DNA from: Octopus vulgaris
Taxonomy: Eukaryota
Reading direction: 5' to 3'
NCBI GenBank assembly: GCA_951406725.2
Contig: OX597819.1
Location: forward strand, 24,366,001-24,430,000
Length of the DNA: 64,000 bases
The first letter of the stretch is position 1, and every line of letters starts with the position of its first letter. Both the position numbers and the translations under genes were made by a program. Shown here piece by piece: positions 55,586 to 64,000 of this stretch. The notes beneath the pieces are model-generated. The model saw nothing but the letters and a program-made list of their open reading frames with translations, was not told where the DNA came from and searched no databases.

Positions 55586-55962
55586 AGTGGAGGCACAATG
55601 GCCCAATGGTTAGCGCAGCGGACTTGCGGTCGAAGGATCGCGGTTTCGATTCCCAGACCGGGCGTTGTGTGTGTTTATTGAGCGAAAACTCCTAAAGCTC
55701 TACGAGGCTCCGGCAGTGGGGCGTGGCAACACCTTTTGTACTCTTTCGCTACAACTTTCTCTCACTCTTTCTTCTCGTTTCTTGTCCCCGACTTCCTACG
55801 CAACCGTTGAGCCTGGATGCGCATTCATCCATCCGTCGATGCTCTCGGTGTCGGGGGGGGGGGGTGACCTGCTTTCTCTTCTGCGGGTCTTACGAATAGC
55901 AAAGGACCACGTATCGGACTTTTCCCATCTTGCGAGCTCTGGGACGAAGACCGTTCGCTCAA
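55586..55962 (+). mobile_element. SINE family B, tail type 4, within (CAA)n
   Basis: Family B head and body, then a tail unrelated to the other B copies. Confidence 0.85.
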
Positions 55963-56304
55963 CAGCAATAGCAACAGCAAGAACAAGAACGGCTACAGTA
56001 GGAACAACAACAACACCAACAACAGCAAAGACTGTGGCAGCAACAACAATATCAGAAAGCTACACTGAAGTATAATTACTTGTTGATATTTACCGCAATA
56101 TGTTATATTATGACATGATATAATCCATGTACGCCATGGTACAAACGTGAGTCCCATACTGATATCATAAAATAACACTGCTTGAAACATATATTAGATG
56201 AAGATATAATATTTCACAGAGCATGAAGCACAAGCGATATTCCACCTAAATCTGTGATTCTTTCATCCTTAGATGAAGCTATTTCAAATCTCTTTAATTA
56301 TATA

Positions 56305-56513
56305 TTTCTTTATTGCCCACAAGGGGCTAAACATAGAGGGGACACATAAGGACAGACAAAGGGATTAAGTCGATTACAACGACCCCAGTTTATTTATCGA
56401 CCCCGAAAGGATGAAAGGCAAAGTCGACCTCGGCGGAATTTGAACTCAGAACGTAGCAGCAGACGAAATAACGCTAAGCATTTCACCCGACGTGCTAACG
56501 ATTCTGCCAGCTC
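56305..56513 (-). mobile_element. SINE family A, tail A
   Basis: Reverse complement of the 33041 copy with a small deletion. Confidence 0.9.
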
Positions 56514-57330
56514 AAAGAACTGATGGTTTATCATCATTATTATTGTTGTTGTTGTTGATGTTGTTATTAAGGAGTTGTGTCGTATTAAGAGTTGGATGTG
56601 CAAACTAGACAAGTCAGAGTGGCTCCTAACACACCGCATGAATACGAACTCATTCAGTAAAACTAATGAGCTACAGGAGATTGCTTTATAGATTGTTGGC
56701 CCTATATCCTCGATGACTTTATTCAGACAACGAGCTGGCAGAATCGTTAGAGTACCGGGCAAAATGCTTGGCAGCAATTCGTCCGTCTTTACATTCTGAG
56801 TTCAAATTCCGCCAGGTTCAGCATTGCCTTTCATCCTTTCAGGGTCGATGACACGAGTATCAGGTTTGTATTCTGTCTGATAGGAAGACTTTCTTTAAAG
56901 ACACATGTATAAAGTAAGTTACAAAAATATCATCTAAAAATACTTAAAACATTTAATAATATCATTACAGAACCATGAAATTAATTACCATTGAAACAAT
57001 CTTAAGTTTGAATCCTTCTCGAATAGGAAAACTACTTAAACAACAGTTAATGTTTGTTTTTTTATTTAGATATGTCCCTCCTTTGTTACGTCACTTTTTC
57101 GAAATGTCACTCTTTCAATACACACCCATATATGTATACACACACACTCACATAAACATATACACACATACTCTCTCACACACACACACATGTATATATA
57201 TATATATACAATAAGGGTACGCGTGTCTGTGGAGTGCTCAGCGACTTGCACGTTAATTTCGCGAAAAAGGTGTTCCGTTGATCAGATCAGCTATAAAACT
57301 TGCCGTCTTAACCGACAGAGCGCCTGCGTG

Positions 57331-57437
<107 letters not shown>

Positions 57438-57454
57438 ATATATATATATGCTGA

Positions 57455-57752
57455 GACCCACTGAGTTTCCTGACACAAGTCCAAGCAAGGTTGTTTATGG
57501 AAGACCAGCAGTCACCCATGCATACCGGCCACCCCTCTCCACGCCACCAGTATTATCCAAGGAAAAGGCAAAGGGGCCGATACAGCTTGGCACCAGTGAT
57601 GTCGCAACTTATTTCTACAGCTGGAGTTAACTGGATCAACGTGAAATAAAGTGTCTTGCTCAAGAACACAACATGCAGCCCGGTCCAGGATTCGAATTCT
57701 CAACCTCACCATCGTAAGCGCGACGCTCTAACCACTGTGCCATGCGCCTTCA
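57455..57752 (-). mobile_element. SINE family C
   Basis: Reverse complement of 17395-17700. Confidence 0.9.
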
Positions 57753-60228
57753 CAGTATATATATATATATATATATTTGTATGTGTGCGCGGGTGAGTGT
57801 GTATGACTGTGTATGTATATGTATAGATGTGAGTATGCGTATCCCATTGTTGTTAGTAAAGTTTGATCAAATAATAATAAGTAGTATTATTATATTCACT
57901 TCATCCTCTTTCAAAATACACAATCGATATCGAATCAATATTGCACATTATTATGAATCTGTAAATTGATTGATCTCTGACACTCTACATCAGTGAAACT
58001 GAAATAATTGTTTATTGACTTCAATGTGTTATATATATATGTTGTACATATACTATGAATTATTTGAATAGCTGCCCTGGTGTGTTAAAATGGTCAAAGT
58101 GACTCTCAGCAAGATATGAAAATATGTTTCACTAAATCATCTCGGAATCCTTATGTTTTTACGTTCATCAATAACATTGTATTGTTTTGTTAGGTTGGTA
58201 CAATGGTAGAGTGGAAGAGACGGTAGAGAGACGGAGCGAAGCTATTTCGGAAATATATACACTGAACTTTACTCTGCCTGCTTCGCTCAAATAATGCCAA
58301 GAATATACCCCATATACTGTCCAAATTGATTTTTTTTGTTGATTTTTTTAGCCAATGTTAAGTATCAATGCTTTTCGTTTATTATTTGGATACAGAAACT
58401 GCCACTTAGAAGTTTGTTATAAATGTGGAACGTAACATAGATTTGATCGGCGTAGGGCATTGCTTATTAACATCGATTCAAGTATTTCCATGTTATTTCG
58501 TGGTACTAGAACCTATTATAAGAGTTATATAAACAATAATATCCTGGAAATGTCTCGGGGAAAAACGAAGTAGCACTGTAATTGCTGAAGAATTGAAATA
58601 TCAGAAATAACATTCAGCAGCTGTGAAAACATTTTATAGAACTGTACAATACTTGCAAGATTGTCCAATGGTGGTGATGATAATAATAACAGTGATGGAA
58701 AGTGGGTCAGCTCTGAATATATACATGGATTGTAAGTCGGATATGATTGGGAAGTAGCTGAGCAATATCGAACAGTGTTTAAATAAAAATCAGACGGGTG
58801 ATTTTATTACGCTTGGACTGGACATTTAAAAAATATCTATTTGGCAGTGATCACACATGGAGGTTAGGGAGAGAATTGACACTGTCGGTTAGAATATAAT
58901 CGTAGTATTTGTTCCAACACAATGTGCTTTGTGTTCAAATCTTGCAGAGGTCAACTTGGTTTCCATCCTTGCGTAGCCGATTAATAAAGTAACAATCTAA
59001 GGTGTTGGTCTTGCAGAACCGCAAGTACTTTTAACTGGCTGTCTTACGATATTTGTGGTAGCTCTTTGCATTCTGGCTTTAAATCTCGTCATGTGTTGTA
59101 GACTTAATTTGTCGCCCAGTTTAACATTACCACCTAGTATCTTAGCTATTCTTAGCGGAGCCCATTCTTTTGCAAGCATTCGGGTTATGTCTCTAGTTTG
59201 AGGATATCTTTCTCCCTCTTTCCCTCCCACTATTGTCGGAGTTTCTCTAATGTCTCGTGGGCACTGCCTTCTCTCCTGACTAAACGATAAAAATGTAACA
59301 ACAATATTGCTAAGAGAAAATATCTCAGGAAAATACAAATATTGTAGTGTCTCACGTATGTAGCATAGATGATGAGGGCGCATGGACTAATGGTTACGGT
59401 GTTGCACTCACGATCGAGACATCGCCGTTTCGATTCTTGGGCCGAGTGGTGCGTTGTGGTTTTGAGCAAAACAATGAATCTTTCGTTGCTCTGCGAATCA
59501 TTTCGACATCATCTGGCGTATGGCACACTGTGCGCCTGTTCAGGCAACGTCGATTTGGTTAAGGGGTGGGGAGCTAATGTACAGTCTATACACTTGGTCC
59601 ATATAAAACAAATCATCTGTGCAAGTTGTTCGACAAGGAATTGCAGAATAGTCTTTCTCGGAATACGAGAGGCAAGTTTGAGGATATCTTTCTCCCTCTT
59701 TCTCTTCCACTATTGTCTTGCAACATAGCAAGAAAACTTCAGTTATTTGTGATTATCGATTAGTAAACAAAATCTGGTTCACACCATATTTCAGTTGTTA
59801 TATTTTCCCGCCACAATTTCTGTCTACTAGTATTTTTGGAGTGATCTCCCTTGTTTGTAACATCTAGATTTTAAGCATCCCTTAAAGCGCTTTTGCCTAC
59901 TAATTGTATGAATAAACTGAATTAATAGCAGTTTTTCCACACGCTGTATTGTATTTACAAGACCCTACCGTATTAGATCTTTCTTCTACTTTTTACTTGT
60001 TTCAGTGATTGTGTTGCGTCCATGATGGAGCATCGTCTTAAAGGGTTGTTTTTTCAGTTGAATGAATCTACTTCAGAACTTATTTTTTAAGGCTGGTACT
60101 TATTCTTTCAGTCTCTTAAGCAAAACCACGAATTTACGGAGATATAAACAGGGGGAGCACTACTTGCCAAGCAATGATTAAGGGACAAGCAAGACACAGA
60201 CCGACGCAATACACACAGACCTAGCGAC

Positions 60229-60296
60229 CAGATGTCCGCGATTGAAGATGAGCAAACTAGCTCGGAACCGAATCGGTCTCGCGATCCTGTCATCTG
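60229..60296 (+). ncRNA. Extended type I hammerhead ribozyme fold with two core substitutions
   Basis: CAGATG-tc-CGCGA-TTGAAGA-T-GAGC(AAACTA)GCTC-GGAA-CCG(AAT)CGG-TC-TCGCG-atcctgt-CATCTG: all three helices pair, GUC site, helix I with an internal loop. Confidence 0.75.
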
Positions 60297-60506
60297 CTGG
60301 AGGGTGGTAGGGGTTCGCTCCCCTACAGGGTGCAGGCTACTCCTATAACCAGCTGGCAGATGATATGCCTGGGGTTAAACTAGTATTAACATTGAACAGA
60401 CATATTCATGTAGTGATTAACATGTTAGTATAGTTACTACTCTCATCTCATTGAGATTTTACAACTAGCGTTGTTTATGTATATAAGTATATAACTTTTC
60501 AATATA

Positions 60507-60716
60507 ACGGGAAGGTTTGCGAAAATAAACAAAAGACGAAGGCAGGTGGAGTACAAACAAACAAATGTATTAGTATGGCGCTCAGGAATAGAAACAGAAC
60601 AAGTGTTTTACGTTTCGAGCCTACGCTCTTCGACAGAAAGATACACAGAAAAAAACAAGGAGAGAAAAAAATGCGTGTAGGAGCTAACGATCTATCATGG
60701 CGTCCTGACTTCGGAC
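60507..60716 (-). mobile_element. 210-bp element with minimal HHR-like motif, flanked by a 21-bp direct repeat
   Basis: AGTATATAACTTTT(C/T)AATATA at 60486-60506 and 60717-60737. Minus strand reads TTT-CTGTCGA-A-GAGC(GTAG)GCTC-GAAAC-GTA-AAA at 60607-60639. Confidence 0.7.
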
Positions 60717-60744
60717 AGTATATAACTTTTTAATATAGCTAAAC

Positions 60745-60827
<83 letters not shown>

Positions 60828-60858
60828 AAATTAATATTAATTTATCTCCCTCATTATT

Positions 60859-60889
<31 letters not shown>

Positions 60890-61512
60890 TTCGATTAGGC
60901 ATTATATGTATGTATGTATGTGTGTATACACACACATACACATATATGTTTGCGCATCCATATATTTAATAAGTGTGATATCCAAAATCTATTTGAATTC
61001 ACCTTCCTGAAACCTAGAATATGGTAGCTTTCTGTCAGCCAATTACTCTGATGAACCAACCATCCAACCAATCAACCGACCGACCGACCAAGAAAGCAGT
61101 ATTTCAAAATACCTTCGAATTAACATCAGTCATCATAATCATCGCCATTATCGCCTCTCCCTCTCCTTCTCCTCCTTCTCCTCCTCCTCCTCGTCATCAT
61201 CATTATCATCATCATCATCATCATCATCGTCGTCGTCGTCGTCGTCGTCATCATCATCATCATCATCATCGTCGTCGTCGTCGTCATCGTCATCGTCCTC
61301 GTCGTTGCCGTCGCTGTCTCCAATGCCATCTCGTCGCCATGATTGTCGTCGTCGTATTTATCTCAATATTATTTTTATTACTAGCACCTACCACAGTGGC
61401 CACCGTCATCATCATTACTATCAACCCTAAACCGTAATCAACAAATCTGGCCACTACCTTTCACTATACACACATCAAGCACTCAAGAAAGGGAAAACAA
61501 ATACATTTTAGA

Positions 61513-61599
<87 letters not shown>

Positions 61600-61894
61600 T
61601 ACACACATACATGCACACACACACAAATATAAAGGACGACGCAAAAGCCAAAGCTAATAAAAGCAAGTCTAAATAAAACAAGGCATATTTTCACAAAGTC
61701 ATAGAACTGCTTTGACCTTTCTCTTTCCTAAACTGTCCAGACTCCAGACTCCAGACGATATTAACAAGACCACCGTCTTTGACATGTTTTGTTGACCTTT
61801 TCCTTGGCCTTTTCATTTATTTTTTTATTTTAATTTTTTTTTTTTGCTGTTTATTTAATACAAAAGATGGTTGTAGATAATGTTGATAGATGTT

Positions 61895-62435
61895 GTCTGG
61901 TTGGTTGGTTGGTGGTTTTGTTTGTTGGTTTGTCGGTGGTTGCTAGTCCTGCTTGGCTTGGTTGGTTTTTCTGGCTTCCAGGTTGGCAGTATGGATGATT
62001 GTTTGCCTGGAGTGTCGATTGGTTGATTGATTAGTTCATTGGCTGTATATTGATTAGTTGATTGACTGTGTGTTTTGTTGGCTGTCTGGTTGGTTGGTTG
62101 GTTGATTGGTTGATTGGTTGTCTGGCTGATTGATTGGTTGGTTGGCTGTATGATTGGCTTGGTCAGAGTCTGGTTAGTTAGTTTGTTGTTAGATTAGTTG
62201 ATCGATTGGTTTGTTATTTGCTTTGCTGGTTGATTGATCGGTTTTCTGGTTGGTCCTCTGGCTGGTTGGCTGGTTGCTTAGTTGGTTGTCTGGTTAGTAG
62301 GTTTTATTTTTTGTTTGTTTGTTTGTTGGTTGGTTCTTTTGTTCGTTGGTCAGTCGATTCGTTGGTTTGTTGGTTAGCTAGCAATAGTAGTTAGGTTCTT
62401 AATTGATCAAGTTGGCTGATTGCTTGCTTGGTTGT
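61895..62435. repeat. Degenerate (GGTT/GATT)n tetranucleotide tract
   Basis: Directly visible. Confidence 0.9.
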
Positions 62436-62469
62436 CAGTGTAAGCGATGATCTTAAATACTGTGAACGA

Positions 62470-62850
62470 TTGATTACAGCTGGTCATCCTTGACCGCAAT
62501 AACAAGCAAAATCCACCAGACTTATTTATTTACATGAGGTCAACTCATCCAACACACTCCAAACTCTGATACACGGGCATTTTTCCATTTTTACCGCTAT
62601 TACAGTGACCTCTACCCCTCAGGACTGCCTTATTTGATGCCACTTTTACTCAAGCCCATCCGACGCACTCGTTACCTCTCCTCTCGTCATTCCTACTGTT
62701 TCCACTCCACTGGTCCCACAAAGACAACTCTGTTACAATCTTTGATCACCAGAACCTAATTATTCCCTCCGGAATTTCCATTCTGAGTATCTCCTTCCTA
62801 CATTCTTCGACTCGCATTTGTTCAAAGACAACATTAAGCGCATGAGACCC
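62470..62850 (+). pseudogene. Highly decayed CR1/L2-group LINE 3' end
   Basis: Fragments ILDR, TRLI, TLQTL, IFYRYYSDLYP and LFKDNIK appear in the expected order across frameshifts. Confidence 0.5.
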
Positions 62851-64000
62851 ACTCCTTTCAGAAAGCCTGAAAATGCTTTGGGTATAGTCTCTTGCTTCAG
62901 AGCAAACTATTATTACTGGAAAAATGGAATGGTTGAGTAGTTAAAATGCTCACTTCGAAATAATGAAATCCTATATTAGATTTTTCTGTACACACATTGG
63001 GCATATCTCATTTAGCATATTGCCTTAGGTTGAGCGAAGCTTTGTGAATAAAAGTCATAAACTGTGATGAATCCAGCATTCGTAATCTCAAGGGCCGGTC
63101 ATGTCACACACTGTGTCACACTGATTTTGTGTGGGAATTAGCATAAGCCAACGCATATCTGTGGAATACACAGCCACTAGGTCGATAATACAAGGACTAA
63201 GCATTTGAGTGGAAGGCACAAATGGAATATGCATTGTCGAAGTAGACGAATAATTCATTTTCTTACTTGCTCGCCTAGTTCGAAATAACTGCGAAATCTC
63301 CATCAAATCACAACGGGTTCTCTTGAAAAAGGAAGGACACGTTACACAGTGTAGCCGTGGCTTGGCTCTCCTTCGGTTACGACGACCTGTATTCCAGTTG
63401 ATTCGATCTACTGAAAAGCCTGCTTGTAAAATCAACGTGCGAGTGGCTGAGCACTCAACGAACACGCGCACCCTTAATACAGTTCTCAGGGACATTCAGC
63501 GAGGCACAAAAGCTGGCCCTTTGAATTACAGGTACAACAAATTGTTTTCCAGATGAATGAACTAGAGTAACGAGAAATAAAGTGATTCGCTCAAGGACGC
63601 AACGCGCCGCCGGGAATCGGACCTACCGTAAGCCAAATGCTCTCGTCACAATTTAAATACTTTTAAGCCACAGGTTTCTTCGATAGTAGTTGATCTGAGC
63701 CCATAGACCATTATTAAGCTTGGAAACAGTACTGATACATATACAGTATAATACATTTATGTATTGGATTACACAGACATGTACAAAATGCGTATAAAAT
63801 ACACACAAAATAGAATTAAAAAAGGACCACGATGGCACGGAGATGAATAGATGCAAATGTGTAATTTCAGAAATTTGTTGATGCATGTTGACACTTCTTA
63901 CAATGCTATCTACAATTTTCAAACAATAAACAAGAAAAGGAACATGATTTTCGTCCTAAGAGACACAGTTGGTAGACATTGTCTGTTGGGTGTGTTGCGC

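Overview
AT-rich, repeat-saturated animal genomic DNA. The SINE set and microsatellite density look like a coleoid cephalopod (Octopus-type); this is inferred from pattern recognition, not a search. I find no intact protein-coding gene, and almost all ORFs in the track are translations of microsatellites or SINEs. Recognisable content: many modular tRNA-derived SINEs (several with clear TSDs), decayed R4/Dong-type, RTE and CR1/L2-type LINE fragments, an internally deleted mariner, a decayed Chapaev3-like DNA transposon, and one CpG-rich promoter-like island (about 23.65-24.0 kb) with a possible minus-strand first exon. The main signal is a set of short non-coding elements, mostly beside (TA)n tracts, that carry hammerhead-ribozyme (HHR) folds and/or fold-back inversions (Penelope-like/retrozyme-type). 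These include a 563-bp tandem-plus-inverted unit (2482-3822), a ~205-bp family with a variant core (2261, 7572, relative at 60507) and an extended type I HHR fold at 60229-60296. All structures were folded by eye; none has been computed or tested.
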